Shown in pieces: positions 1-9,529 of a stretch of DNA of 64,000 nt. Every line of letters starts with the position of its first letter. Position 1 is the stretch's first letter. Source of the stretch: Candidatus Parcubacteria bacterium (GTDB lineage Bacteria > Patescibacteriota > Minisyncoccia > Sungbacterales > SURF-37); NCBI GenBank assembly GCA_003599755.1, contig QZJO01000011.1:2424-66423 (forward strand), read 5' to 3'. The position numbers and the translations under genes are program-made. The notes below the pieces were generated by a model that was given only the letters and a program-made list of their open reading frames with translations, was not told the DNA's origin and searched no databases.

Positions 1-323
1 TTCGCCTTTTCGATCATGCGCCGCAGCTGTTCAGATGCAAATTGCATATGCCATTCCTCCGACCCCGCGCGCCATCCCGCGGCCAGCGCCATGATCAGGG
101 AGTAGCCCATGACGAGTATGATCGTGACCATAATGAAGAGCGACATAATTCGTTTGCTGAGATCATGATTCGATTTCTTCGATTTGTCGCGAGGACTGAT
201 GGCGACAAAGAGCCACGGGAAGCGTTTGCGCAGGGCGAGCACCAATGACCCGCCGCCGATAATCGACAAATGGGCGATCAATGAAAGACCAGAGAACGGT
301 GAGCCCGAGAGTGGAGACATCAT
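1..323 (-). CDS. Partial membrane protein (5' part; runs off window start)
   Basis: Open frame from ATG 323 (MMSPLSGSPFSGLSLIAHLSIIGGGSLVLAL...IMSLFIMVTIILVMGYSLIMALAAG), two hydrophobic segments, starts 2 nt after the GT2 stop. Confidence 0.65.
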   Translation of the reverse strand, partial: MMSPLSGSPFSGLSLIAHLSIIGGGSLVLALRKRFPWLFVAISPRDKSKKSNHDLSKRIMSLFIMVTIILVMGYSLIMALAAGWRAGSEEWHMQFASEQLRRMIEKA

Positions 324-325
324 AG

Positions 326-1342
326 TTATATATTTACTCGTTCCGGCTTGAACCAATTAAGATTTTTCTTCCGGAGTACGACCTCTTTGACCATCTGCTC
401 CAGGAATACGTATGCGTTGATGAATACGAGAAGCAGGAATGGGATCGGTACGATGAGCATCTCCCACCGCCGCTCATGCCAAAACGCGAATATGGCAAAC
501 CCCATGGCAACAATGAAGTACGAGAGAATAAACGTCGCAAAGAAGCGCAGGCTGAGAAGCGGAAGCATAATGAGGAGAACAGAGAAGATGATGCCTTCGG
601 AGTACAGAAGCGTCAGCTCGGCCGCGGCTTTCGGTTCGCGGATCGCGATATCCCAATGCTTGATCAGGCATTGCCAGCCGCCGCCGAACCAGCGGCGCAC
701 CTGGTTGACGTAAGCGCCGAGCGTGACCGGATCCTGCGTGAATGCGACAATGCGGCGGTCATAGAAAATTTTCATCCCGAGCTTGTGGAGGCGGTAGGTG
801 AAATCGAGATCCTCGGTCAGCGTGTCGTGATCGAACGCGATATATTTAAGAAACTCTTTCGTACGGAACGCGCCTGCCACGCCGGGGATCACGAATAGAA
901 AACCGATGTAGGACTGTGCGAGCTTATGGAGGTTTTGGCCAACGGCGTACTCAAACGCACGGCATGCGGTCAGCCAGTTGTATTTCATGCTGCGCACGTA
1001 TCCGCCGATGGCCATTACTCGCTTGTCGCGAAAATCCTCTTCAACGTACTCGACAAAGCGTGGGTCAAGAATGGTATCGCCGTCCGTCGCGATGAATACG
1101 TCCGATGTGATAAATTTCAGCCCATATTCTTGGGCATGGCTTTTGTTGCCGGTCGCGATCGGGATAGTAAGGACACGGATCTTGTCGCCGAAGCTCTTGA
1201 GGATTTCGCCGGTGCGATCGGTGCTGCCGTCGTTTACCACGAGTATTTCATCCGGTTTTCGGGTTTGTTTCAGGCACGACAAAACGCACGCCGTGATCGA
1301 GCGCTCTTCATTGTGAGCCGGTATGAGGATGGAAATCCGCAT
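326..1342 (-). CDS. Family 2 processive-type glycosyltransferase (PgaC/IcaA/cellulose synthase-like)
   Basis: ISILIPAHNEE, VNDGSTD, DGD, TEDLD and QVRRW motifs, C-terminal TM helices. Confidence 0.9.
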   Translation of the reverse strand: MRISILIPAHNEERSITACVLSCLKQTRKPDEILVVNDGSTDRTGEILKSFGDKIRVLTIPIATGNKSHAQEYGLKFITSDVFIATDGDTILDPRFVEYVEEDFRDKRVMAIGGYVRSMKYNWLTACRAFEYAVGQNLHKLAQSYIGFLFVIPGVAGAFRTKEFLKYIAFDHDTLTEDLDFTYRLHKLGMKIFYDRRIVAFTQDPVTLGAYVNQVRRWFGGGWQCLIKHWDIAIREPKAAAELTLLYSEGIIFSVLLIMLPLLSLRFFATFILSYFIVAMGFAIFAFWHERRWEMLIVPIPFLLLVFINAYVFLEQMVKEVVLRKKNLNWFKPERVNI

Positions 1343-1459
1343 AAATATTTGGGAATTCCCGGCAGTCCAGGAATCCCCGTCGCGGATCAATATGTGGCAT
1401 ATGTTGCAAAATTAGTCAAGTAGTGGCATATCTTTCGATTTGGCCGCATTTGAATGCGA

Positions 1460-1492
1460 AACCGCCCCGGCGAATGCTTTGCCGGGGCGGTT
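1460..1492 (-). terminator. Hairpin terminator (AACCGCCCCGG family) downstream of orphan ORF
   Basis: AACCGCCCCGGC-N9-GCCGGGGCGGTT perfect 12-bp stem. Confidence 0.65.
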
Positions 1493-1530
1493 GATTCTTG
1501 TTGCTGGACGCCGTGTTCGGCGGGAGTCCC

Positions 1531-1935
1531 CTACGCGGGGATTCCCTCGAGCTCGACGCTCGGTGCAGGTGCGGCGGTGTGGCAGTACTCGATGAACTCG
1601 GGTGTGAACGCGAGCGAATCCTCGCCGATCGTGGCCAGGAACGCGGCGAGGATCTCCCATCCTCGCGTGAAGTCCTGCCTGATCGCGCGGCCCGTGATCC
1701 CGAGCTTCGCGCCGGAGCGGTCGAGGTACGCCCGTGCCTCCTTCTTGGTGGAGATGAGCCACTTGCCGCGCTCCTGCGCCAGGCCCACGACCGCGGTCGC
1801 CACGGTGTCGGCCTCGCGGCGGCAGAACAGGCCCGCCAGCGCGTCGCCGGTGATGCGGATGTCGGCCGGTCGGATGGGGTGATGAGGCCCGTTTGCCTCG
1901 TTGACGATGACTGCTCGTGCTGCCGATTGCGTCAT
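1531..1935 (-). CDS. Orphan hypothetical protein, 134 aa
   Basis: Strong SD GAGGGAGG before ATG, own promoter and terminator. Confidence 0.7.
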   Translation of the reverse strand: MTQSAARAVIVNEANGPHHPIRPADIRITGDALAGLFCRREADTVATAVVGLAQERGKWLISTKKEARAYLDRSGAKLGITGRAIRQDFTRGWEILAAFLATIGEDSLAFTPEFIEYCHTAAPAPSVELEGIPA

Positions 1936-1978
1936 GCGCGTCCTCCCTCGTCGTGAGAACAGATGTAGAGCTTAAACT

Positions 1979-2007
1979 GCTTTAGCACTATATATAAAAT
2001 TAGTCAA
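1979..2007 (-). promoter_or_regulatory. Sigma70-type promoter
   Basis: TTGACT-17 nt-TAAAGC with TG extension, AT-rich spacer. Confidence 0.55.
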
Positions 2008-2081
2008 GTATCATCGCAGCGTGAACATGCAGTGCGCCGAACGGTAGCACGAAATCCCGTCTAACGGTTGTCGCGCGACGG

Positions 2082-2690
2082 CTATTTGCGCCGGCGTACG
2101 GCGTAGTGGAATGTACCGCGCCGGCGCAATGGACTTTTTGCCGGCGCTCCCCGCTTCTTCCATGCGGGCGTCTCGCGCCGGAAGAACGTCAAACGCACGC
2201 GCGCGACATCCGACGGCGCGGCCGCATGGCGCACGCGTATGGCCGCAGGCGGGAATGTCGTCTGTATTTTCTTGGCAAGTTTGGCCGCGAGTTGGTTTTC
2301 GGTGGTAGTCACGACGATGTCTCGGTCGCGCTCCCGGATGGCAATCACACGGTCTTGCGGATCGATCTGGAACGCGCGTGCTCCGAAAGCGCGCACCACG
2401 CTGAGAAGTTCCTCGAGAAATCGCTGCGGTGGATTCTCGAGAACCAGCTCGCCTTCGTATTGACCGTTCGTGATCATGGCGCATGCCGGGCAGAGCGCTC
2501 GGCCGGGCTGCGGCGCGGGGCGGCCGAATTTCTCCATGAACACGGTCGGATGGTGCCACGATTTTTTATAAAATACCGACATGCATCGTTTGCATGACCG
2601 GATGCCTTCTGGGCTTTTCCCGAATTCCGCCTCATCGGCGCGAGGCCGAGGCTGCTTTTTCTTGCTGATGATTCTCAATTTCTTGGACAT
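2082..2690 (-). CDS. BCAM0308-like zinc-binding protein
   Basis: CKRC...W...CPAC...G.L.L pattern followed by TTTENQLA. Confidence 0.65.
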   Translation of the reverse strand: MSKKLRIISKKKQPRPRADEAEFGKSPEGIRSCKRCMSVFYKKSWHHPTVFMEKFGRPAPQPGRALCPACAMITNGQYEGELVLENPPQRFLEELLSVVRAFGARAFQIDPQDRVIAIRERDRDIVVTTTENQLAAKLAKKIQTTFPPAAIRVRHAAAPSDVARVRLTFFRRETPAWKKRGAPAKSPLRRRGTFHYAVRRRK

Positions 2691-2834
2691 ATGCGTAGTG
2701 ACTGTTTTCCGGTGCTGGATAGCCAAGAATACGCTCGTAGCCGCTGCGCGGCTTCAGTCATAACTATCCCCTTCCTTCACGACTGCTGCAATAGGAGTCG
2801 CGGTATCGGCAGGCGCGGCTCCCGCTGAACGGTT

Positions 2835-3407
2835 TCATGCCGAGGATTGGCGGGGGTCCGTCTCGCGTATCGGTACGTTCCGATGCTCCGAAGACGTGGC
2901 GCGCGGCGTCGCGATCCACAGCACGGCGCCGAGGGCGGAGCCGATCGCGCCCGCGGCCAAATCCGTCATGGTATCGGTGAACTCCGTGGCGTATGCGGAA
3001 AGCACCACATCGGCGAGCCACTCGGCAATTTCCCAGAGTCCGGCGAGTGCCAAACCAACGGCCGCGGCAACGGCGGCTGCAGCCCACGCAGGCATGGGAC
3101 GCATGCGGTCAGGAAAGAGCGCGGATCCCGCTAAAAATGCGCATGCGCCGGGGATCATGGTGTGCAGGAATATATCGTACAAGCCGAATCGTCCATAGAG
3201 ATCGAAAAACCATCCCAGCACGCCAAGCATCAACGCGAGCGGTACCAGCGGCGCGAGGTGCGGAGGGATGATCCGGTGCCTCAGTATGAGTGCGATGCCG
3301 CCGAACAAGGATCCGTATCCGAGGACACGCATATGCTCGCCGCGCACGAGCCCCGCGGCGAGTAGTACGGCAACAAGCGCCATGAGCCGCCAGGTACCGG
3401 ATCGCAT
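2835..3407 (-). CDS. Membrane protein, DUF2238/YjdF-like
   Basis: YDIFLH, WEIAEW..D and DTMTDL motifs with multiple TM helices. Confidence 0.65.
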   Translation of the reverse strand: MRSGTWRLMALVAVLLAAGLVRGEHMRVLGYGSLFGGIALILRHRIIPPHLAPLVPLALMLGVLGWFFDLYGRFGLYDIFLHTMIPGACAFLAGSALFPDRMRPMPAWAAAAVAAAVGLALAGLWEIAEWLADVVLSAYATEFTDTMTDLAAGAIGSALGAVLWIATPRATSSEHRNVPIRETDPRQSSA

Positions 3408-3448
3408 ATTCAAGTAGACGCGCCGATGCGCGGAAATTACCGGCCGCG

Positions 3449-4039
3449 CTAGGAGAAGACGTACTGGAGAAATTCGGCCGCGTGCGGCGCGAGATGCGCG
3501 AGCGATATGTTGAATACGGCATTGCCGAGGACCAGCGGCAGCATGATGCGCCAAAACGGGACGCGCGCGATGCCTGCCGGAATAGTAAGGAAATCGTTCG
3601 AAGCCGGGATGACGCAGCCGTAGGCAAAGCAGACGAACATGAATAACCGCGGACGCTCTATCGCGATCCGGTAGATACGCTGGAACCAAATGCTCGTATG
3701 CTCGGGCAAGAGGGCGCGGCTTTGGTATCCGACAAAATACGATGTCGAATCTCCGGTCGTGACCCCGAGCGTCGCGAGGACGCCGAGGAGCAACGGGTTG
3801 AGCCCGCCCACGGCCAGCGTGATGAGGAGGAGATGATACGGGACAAGGTTGAACGTCGTGAATCCGCCGGCGATCGCCGTGAAGAATATGAGGACGTACG
3901 CATTCTCGACGCCGAGGTATGCGACGATGCGCTCGGGCGTATATACGAGCGAAATGAAAAGCGATATCCCGATGAGTATCGCGAGCGGGAGCAATGCCAA
4001 GAGATACCGCGTCAGTTTTCGTTGCGGGAGCCGAAGCAT
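3449..4039 (-). CDS. DedA/VTT-like membrane protein
   Basis: GVTTGDSTSYFVG and IPAGIARVPFWR motifs, hydrophobic. Confidence 0.75.
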   Translation of the reverse strand: MLRLPQRKLTRYLLALLPLAILIGISLFISLVYTPERIVAYLGVENAYVLIFFTAIAGGFTTFNLVPYHLLLITLAVGGLNPLLLGVLATLGVTTGDSTSYFVGYQSRALLPEHTSIWFQRIYRIAIERPRLFMFVCFAYGCVIPASNDFLTIPAGIARVPFWRIMLPLVLGNAVFNISLAHLAPHAAEFLQYVFS

Positions 4040-4040
4040 G

Positions 4041-4445
4041 TCAGCGCGGGATGAGCGATTTGCCGGCGGGCAGGCGCGGGTCGCCTTCCAGAATTACGAT
4101 GCGCGTCGCGGCGATGTCGCCGTTGCGGCGCGCGCCGAATACCATGACAAACTCCCCTCCCTGCAGCGATGGCAGGCCGACCAGCGTCCGGCCTGCCCGC
4201 AATTCCGTATCGTTCCCGAGTATAATGCGGATTGCAATTGCCTCTTGGTTTTCGATGACGATATAGCCGGCGCCGGTTTCGATCACGCGGCCGGCCAGCC
4301 GCTCGTGGCCCCAGAATCGAACAAAGTTGAACGCGGCAAACCCGACGAGTGCCAGGACTGCGACAAGCAGTGCGATGGTCAGCCACCGGGAACCGACGTT
4401 GCTGCGGCGGCCGGAAGCAGGGGCCGTCGGTGCCTCGGCGTGCAT
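4041..4445 (-). CDS. Single-TM exported protein with OB-like beta domain (DUF5666-like)
   Basis: TM helix then G.V...LQGGEFVMVFG..NGDIAATRIVI. Confidence 0.55.
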   Translation of the reverse strand: MHAEAPTAPASGRRSNVGSRWLTIALLVAVLALVGFAAFNFVRFWGHERLAGRVIETGAGYIVIENQEAIAIRIILGNDTELRAGRTLVGLPSLQGGEFVMVFGARRNGDIAATRIVILEGDPRLPAGKSLIPR

Positions 4446-4456
4446 GGCGGAATATC

Positions 4457-4930
4457 TTAGCCGATTAATGTCCGGAGCGCGGGGAATCTGCGGCAGATCG
4501 GCAAGTTCGCGCACCAGGACTCCAATCCCCACACGCGCCCTGCGCGAACGGCGGCGAGGTATAAGAGCGCCGCGGCATATACGACGTGCTCGTCCACGAC
4601 CAGGGAGTTCGGGCTGGGATACGGGAATCCGAGCGGCGCATAGTACAAAAGCATGAGCGCGGCGCCAAGGATGGATGCTAATCGCACGCCGATGCCGAGG
4701 ATCAATGACACGCCCAACAGGGTTAATCCCCACTCGTTAACGAAGTTCGTGATCGGGAGGATGCCGGGGCTTGCCAGCCACTGATATAATTCGCCGAACG
4801 CTTTCGCGTTTCTCAAGTATCCGGCAGCCGACCATGCGGGGTTTACTATCTTCGTCACGCCGGCATAGAAAAAGAGCCATCCGAGCGAAATGCGCAAGAC
4901 GGTGAGCCAAATTTTTTGTGCGGTAGTCAT
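4457..4930 (-). CDS. DoxX family membrane protein
   Basis: LRISLGWLFFYAGVTKI, GVSLILG, AGRVWGLE. Confidence 0.85.
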   Translation of the reverse strand: MTTAQKIWLTVLRISLGWLFFYAGVTKIVNPAWSAAGYLRNAKAFGELYQWLASPGILPITNFVNEWGLTLLGVSLILGIGVRLASILGAALMLLYYAPLGFPYPSPNSLVVDEHVVYAAALLYLAAVRAGRVWGLESWCANLPICRRFPALRTLIG

Positions 4931-4961
4931 GGCCTCATGATACCAAGATGGGTGCCGCCGG

Positions 4962-5627
4962 TTATTCACTGCCGGGAATCCGCGTCCCGTCGACCGCGCG
5001 CCAGAGGTACCACGAAGCGATTGAGGCGTATTGGCGCCATGGCCGGGCAAGCTCCTCCATGCGTTTCGGGCTCGGCATTCGTTTGAGCTCGTAGACGATC
5101 TGGAATCCCTTTCTGATGCCGAGGTCCCCGGTCGGCAGAATATCGGGCCGCCGCAGGGTGAAAAGCAGGAACATGTGCGCGGTCCAGACGCCGATGCCCT
5201 TTACCCGGACCAGGTGCGCGATGATCTCGTCGTTTGCCATGCGTCCGAATCGGCGGGGCTGGATAGTACCATCCGAGAATTTTCTTGCGAGATCTTTAAT
5301 ATAGAGCGCCTTTTGATTCGAGAGGCCTGCGGCGCGCAGTTTCGACATGGGCATGGCCAAGACCATTGCCGGCGTCGGAAATTGCTTGCCGCCGAATAGG
5401 GCAAGAAACTTCGCGAGAATGGACGAGGCCGCCTTGCCGGAAATCTGCTGATATACGATGGCGCGCACGAGCGCGCGGAACGGATCTCGATTGCGGCTGA
5501 AATCCGGCGGCCCGTGCCGTTTGATGAGCGGCCGGAACCGCGGATCCATCCGGAGGAACCGCACCGAATCAAAAATCGTACCCTGCTTGAGCGGCATTGC
5601 ATTGATGGGCCGCGGATAGCGCGGCAT
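4962..5627 (-). CDS. alkA: DNA-3-methyladenine glycosylase II (HhH-GPD)
   Basis: IVYQQIS, VKGIGVWTAHMFL, PTGDLGIR, WRQYASIASWYLW. Confidence 0.88.
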   Translation of the reverse strand: MPRYPRPINAMPLKQGTIFDSVRFLRMDPRFRPLIKRHGPPDFSRNRDPFRALVRAIVYQQISGKAASSILAKFLALFGGKQFPTPAMVLAMPMSKLRAAGLSNQKALYIKDLARKFSDGTIQPRRFGRMANDEIIAHLVRVKGIGVWTAHMFLLFTLRRPDILPTGDLGIRKGFQIVYELKRMPSPKRMEELARPWRQYASIASWYLWRAVDGTRIPGSE

Positions 5628-5764
5628 TATACGCTCTGCGATCGCTTTTCTTTCCGTTTCGGGGTCGTGCCGAATCTCTTGACGCTCCCCTCAAGGCGAG
5701 ACGCCCGGGGCCGGCCGCGGAATTGATCGGGATGCGCGCGTCCGCGCGATGGTTTGCCTTTCAT
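5627..5764 (-). CDS. Small basic protein, 45 aa (not in ORF track)
   Basis: MKGKPSRGRAHPDQFRGRPRASRLEGSVKRFGTTPKRKEKRSQSV; its TAA overlaps the alkA ATG (TAATG). Confidence 0.45.
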   Translation of the reverse strand: MKGKPSRGRAHPDQFRGRPRASRLEGSVKRFGTTPKRKEKRSQSV

Positions 5765-5781
5765 GCGTAGTGATGCTGGCG

Positions 5782-6333
5782 CTATTGCGCCGCGTGCGCC
5801 TTGAGCCGTTCTTTGAGTTCGCCGACCTCTGTTTCGAGTTCGCTGACGCGCCGTGCGCGCTCTTTGAGATACGCGTTCAGCCGCTCTAATTCCTCGATAT
5901 ATTGTTTTGTTTGTCCGGCGAATGCTTTGCGGATCGTGGCATCCGGTTCGATGCCGATAAAGAATTTCACGTCGCCCGCATCATCGAGCACCGGAAAAAT
6001 ATGGAGCTCCTGCCAGTATAGCTCGCCGTCTTTGTTGCGATTTTGCACGTCGCCGATGAACGGGCGTTTCTCTTCTTTGATGGTCTTCCACATCCGTTCG
6101 TAAAAGTCCTTGTCCATGATCCCGCCCCAAAGATCCCCGGGATTTTTTCCCAGGATTTCGGCGGGCGGGAATCCCGTGTGTTTTTCAACGGCATCATTCG
6201 CGTATACGATGCTTCCCTCGGGATCCGTAATTACGACGTGCTCGCCGATCAGGTCAAATCCCTCGCTCAGCGTACTGATCTCCGAGCGAAGCTGTTTCAG
6301 CTGTTCCGGCGGAAGCGGTGTATGGCGGCTCAT
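5782..6333 (-). CDS. Stand-alone PAS/PAC domain protein with C-terminal coiled coil
   Basis: VVITDPEGSIVYAN..TGF...EILGKNP, NRNKDGELYW, then heptad-rich tail. Confidence 0.85.
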   Translation of the reverse strand: MSRHTPLPPEQLKQLRSEISTLSEGFDLIGEHVVITDPEGSIVYANDAVEKHTGFPPAEILGKNPGDLWGGIMDKDFYERMWKTIKEEKRPFIGDVQNRNKDGELYWQELHIFPVLDDAGDVKFFIGIEPDATIRKAFAGQTKQYIEELERLNAYLKERARRVSELETEVGELKERLKAHAAQ

Positions 6334-6450
6334 GGGTATGGCGCCGAAGGGGTTACGGTACGGCAAGTATCGGGGTGGCGATCAGCGGATTCTGCGCCAA
6401 AACTATCATGAATGCACATACACTTCAATGGCCCGGCCGCGGCGCGTTCC

Positions 6451-7425
6451 TTACACGGCACCGCGCTTCCGAGCTTCTATGGTCGCGAGTTTCTGTCTGA
6501 TGGCGCGCATGCGTTCGGGATCGTGAATGGAAAACGCCGTGACGTTCGGGTTCAGATTCCGCAGGGATGCGATTTTCTTTTCCAGATCCGAGGCGTCTTT
6601 GGTATCGCTTTTAGAAAGGAGCACATGTTCTTCTTTTTCGGTCAGGCCCCGGGCATACGCGCCAAGTTCCGCGCGGACCGTGCGGTAATCGCGGACCGGA
6701 TCATCGGATTCCGCGCTGATGAGATGGAATAGCGTCCGCGTGCGCTCAATATGCTGCAGGAATTTTGTGCCCAATCCCTTTCCGCGCGAAGCGCCTTCGA
6801 TGAGCCCCGGGATATCGGCAAGAACGAGTTCGCCGAACGTACCGAGATTCGGCTCGAGCGTGGTGAATTCGTAGTTCCCTACTTTGGCCCGCGCGCGCGT
6901 GAGTTCATTGAGCAGGCTCGTCTTTCCGGCATTCGGCAGGCCGACGAGTCCGATGTCGGCAATGAGCTTTAATGAAAGACGGAGCGAATAATGCTGACCG
7001 GGCTTTCCGTATTCGAATTGTTTCGGCCGCGTGTTGGTGGAGGAGCGGAAGTGGAAATTCCCCCTGCCGCCGATGCCGCCGCGTGCGACGAGTACTGGCT
7101 TTCCGAGGGTGATGATATCGTAAGTTGCCCCGTTAGTGAGGTTCTCGATTGTCGTCCCCATGGGGACGGACAGCGTTAGATCTTTGCCGTCGGTGCCGTC
7201 GCGGCTTTGTCCGCGGCCGTCGCCGCCGTTGTCCGCCGCAAACACCTTTTTATACCGATAGTTCCTCAATATGCCGAGGTCCGATGATCCGATGAAATAA
7301 ATACTCCCGCCCTTCCCGCCGGATCCACCGACCGGGCCGTATTGATGCAGATTTTTATTGAAGCGGACCGCGCCTTTGCCGCCATCTCCGGCGCGGACCG
7401 CGATAGTGATGTCATCGATGAGCAT
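6451..7425 (-). CDS. obg: GTPase Obg/CgtA (short form, no C-terminal OCT domain)
   Basis: Gly-rich N domain, GLPNAGKT, YEFTTLEPNLG, DIPGLIEGA. Confidence 0.96.
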   Translation of the reverse strand: MLIDDITIAVRAGDGGKGAVRFNKNLHQYGPVGGSGGKGGSIYFIGSSDLGILRNYRYKKVFAADNGGDGRGQSRDGTDGKDLTLSVPMGTTIENLTNGATYDIITLGKPVLVARGGIGGRGNFHFRSSTNTRPKQFEYGKPGQHYSLRLSLKLIADIGLVGLPNAGKTSLLNELTRARAKVGNYEFTTLEPNLGTFGELVLADIPGLIEGASRGKGLGTKFLQHIERTRTLFHLISAESDDPVRDYRTVRAELGAYARGLTEKEEHVLLSKSDTKDASDLEKKIASLRNLNPNVTAFSIHDPERMRAIRQKLATIEARKRGAV

Positions 7426-8875
7426 ACGCTGCCAGGTCGAGATAGTCATCGATCCGGATACTCTTGAGGAAATCCGGAACGTGACTGATAAGGATCATCG
7501 CGCCCGCGTATTGGTCGAGCGCCTGGGCGATTACGGGAATATGGCGGAAATTAATGTGATTGGTCGGCTCGTCGAGCAGAAGAAGGCCGGGTTTCTGGAG
7601 GACGAGCCGCGCAAACGAAAGCAAGCCCTTTTGTCCCTCCGATAAGCTCTCGATACGGTTTTGCATAAGCTCGCCGGTGATGAGAAAGCCGGCCGCCACC
7701 GAGCGGAGCTTTTGCTCGTCCGGCTCGCTCATGACCTCCGCGAGCGTCGCATAGACGGTTTTGGAAAAATCGAGCGTCGAAAAATCCTGGCCATAGTAAC
7801 CGACTCGGACGCCCGGGGCGACAGCCGCGCCGGGTGCGGTACCGGCGGCCAGCGCCTTGACGAGCGTACTTTTGCCGATGCCGTTCGGCCCCGTGATGGC
7901 CAGGTGCTGGTTCTTGCCGAGTTCGATGTTGGCCGGATACGAATGCGGCGCGTCGTCCCGCATCGCGGAAACGGCGGTTATGCGTATGATCGCGCCGACG
8001 AGATCCTCTTGGACGGGAATGACGAACGGCCGGATGGTCTTGTCGTCGCGGCGCACATCCACCATCGCTTCCTCGAGCTCTTCGGCTTTCTCCCGCATGC
8101 GCGTGGCAACCAGACGCATCTGCCCGCCCTTGAACGCGAATTTATTCGCCTGTTCTTTCTTCTCTTGAATGGTTTTGAGCAGCTGGGCGTTTTTGCGCTG
8201 TTCTTTCTCGATGCGCGCGGCGATCTGGTCTACCACGGCGAAATAGTTGCCGACGTATTGCTCGATCTGATGGGTAAACGAATCAAGATAGAGTACGCCC
8301 TTGGTGAAAGCATTAAGGAAATTGGCATCATGAGAAATAACTACGCACGTTTTTGGATAGTCGATCAAAAATTGTCGCAGATGCGCGATACCCGCGGCAT
8401 CGAGATTGTTCGTTGGCTCGTCCAAAAGCAGGAGGTCGGGGTTTTGAATAAGCGCTGATGCGAGCAGAAGCCGCGCCTGTTGGCCGCCCGAAAAACTGCT
8501 GATGAGCCGATCGTGGCCGGCCTTGAGGTTCACCGTTTCCAGTACTGCGTCGATGCGCGGATCAATGTCATATACCTTGTTCGGAAAGCACGCCTGGAAG
8601 AATTCGCGCACGGTGAATTGCATCTGGCCGCGCGAGATGACCTGCGGTGCGGTTGCGATGGTGATATTCGGTTCGCTATGGATTGCGCCCGATTCGGGCG
8701 CCAATGATCCGGTAATGAGCTTGAACAGCGATGTCTTGCCCGCGCCGTTTTGGCCCATGAGCGTGAGTTTGGCGCCGGTGCGGAGCGTAAAGCTAACCTC
8801 GTGCAGGACAGGTTTCTTCGGTCCGTAGCCGAACGTTACGTTTTCGAATCTGGCGATGATATTGCCGCGCGCCAT
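7412..8875 (-). CDS. ABC-F family ribosome-associated ATPase
   Basis: Two ABC cassettes (GQNGAGKT/FSGGQ/LDEPTNNLD; GPNGIGKS/LSEGQ/LDEPTNH), no TM segments. Confidence 0.93.
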   Translation of the reverse strand: MARGNIIARFENVTFGYGPKKPVLHEVSFTLRTGAKLTLMGQNGAGKTSLFKLITGSLAPESGAIHSEPNITIATAPQVISRGQMQFTVREFFQACFPNKVYDIDPRIDAVLETVNLKAGHDRLISSFSGGQQARLLLASALIQNPDLLLLDEPTNNLDAAGIAHLRQFLIDYPKTCVVISHDANFLNAFTKGVLYLDSFTHQIEQYVGNYFAVVDQIAARIEKEQRKNAQLLKTIQEKKEQANKFAFKGGQMRLVATRMREKAEELEEAMVDVRRDDKTIRPFVIPVQEDLVGAIIRITAVSAMRDDAPHSYPANIELGKNQHLAITGPNGIGKSTLVKALAAGTAPGAAVAPGVRVGYYGQDFSTLDFSKTVYATLAEVMSEPDEQKLRSVAAGFLITGELMQNRIESLSEGQKGLLSFARLVLQKPGLLLLDEPTNHINFRHIPVIAQALDQYAGAMILISHVPDFLKSIRIDDYLDLAAYAHR

Positions 8876-8930
8876 GGTGTTGCCAACAAAAAAGAGCCGG
8901 TGCGGCCCTCTCGTGTTTCGGCAGGGCTGT

Positions 8931-9155
8931 TCAGTGATGCGTATTATGCCAGTCCATAAAGCGTTTTCGATGCTTGTCGATGGACCAGGCGTTGCCGTCT
9001 TTGAACAAAAGCGGGTATGCCAATTGAAATTTTCGGAGCCTTTCCGGGGACGCTTTGGGAAATCCGGGCGGCAACGTCTTGTTGTATTCCACGGCGAAGT
9101 CGTCGAGGGACACTATTGCTTCATTCAATTCGCGTTGCTTATCGACGCGCTTCAT
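8931..9155 (-). CDS. Small hypothetical protein
   Basis: MKRVDKQRELNE...WSIDKHRKRFMDW; TGnTATTAT-N6-ATG leaderless start. Confidence 0.7.
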   Translation of the reverse strand: MKRVDKQRELNEAIVSLDDFAVEYNKTLPPGFPKASPERLRKFQLAYPLLFKDGNAWSIDKHRKRFMDWHNTHH

Positions 9156-9242
9156 GAATAAATAATACCACGCATAATCGAAAAATGCAACCACAGTGCA
9201 TGGCTGCATTTTCCCGGTGATGGCGCCGTCTCTGGGGGAGCA

Positions 9243-9491
9243 CTACGACAAATGCTGGGAAACGAGCTTGGTCATCTCAAACATGCTCACCGTTTCCTTG
9301 CCGCCGAATACCTGCTTCAGATCCGCATCGGCGTTGATATTGCGCTTGTTCTCCTTATCTTGGAGGCCGTTTTTCTTGATGTATACCCAGAGCTTTTTGA
9401 CGACCTCGGATCGCGGCATCGGGCCCGAGCCGACGATCGCGGCAAGCTCGGGGCTGATCTTCATCGGCTTCATGAATGCGGCGTTGGCCAT
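9243..9491 (-). CDS. SWIB/MDM2 domain protein
   Basis: ISPELAAIVG..PRSEVVKKLWVYIKKNGLQD..NKRNINAD..L..VFG. Confidence 0.93.
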   Translation of the reverse strand: MANAAFMKPMKISPELAAIVGSGPMPRSEVVKKLWVYIKKNGLQDKENKRNINADADLKQVFGGKETVSMFEMTKLVSQHLS

Positions 9492-9529
9492 AGCGGTATC
9501 TCGTTACCAATTATCGGTATAACCTTCTC

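Noticed and set aside
5782-6333. LOV photoreceptor assignment for the PAS domains
   Set aside because: GxNCRFLQ is replaced by GKNPGDLW; no photoactive cysteine.
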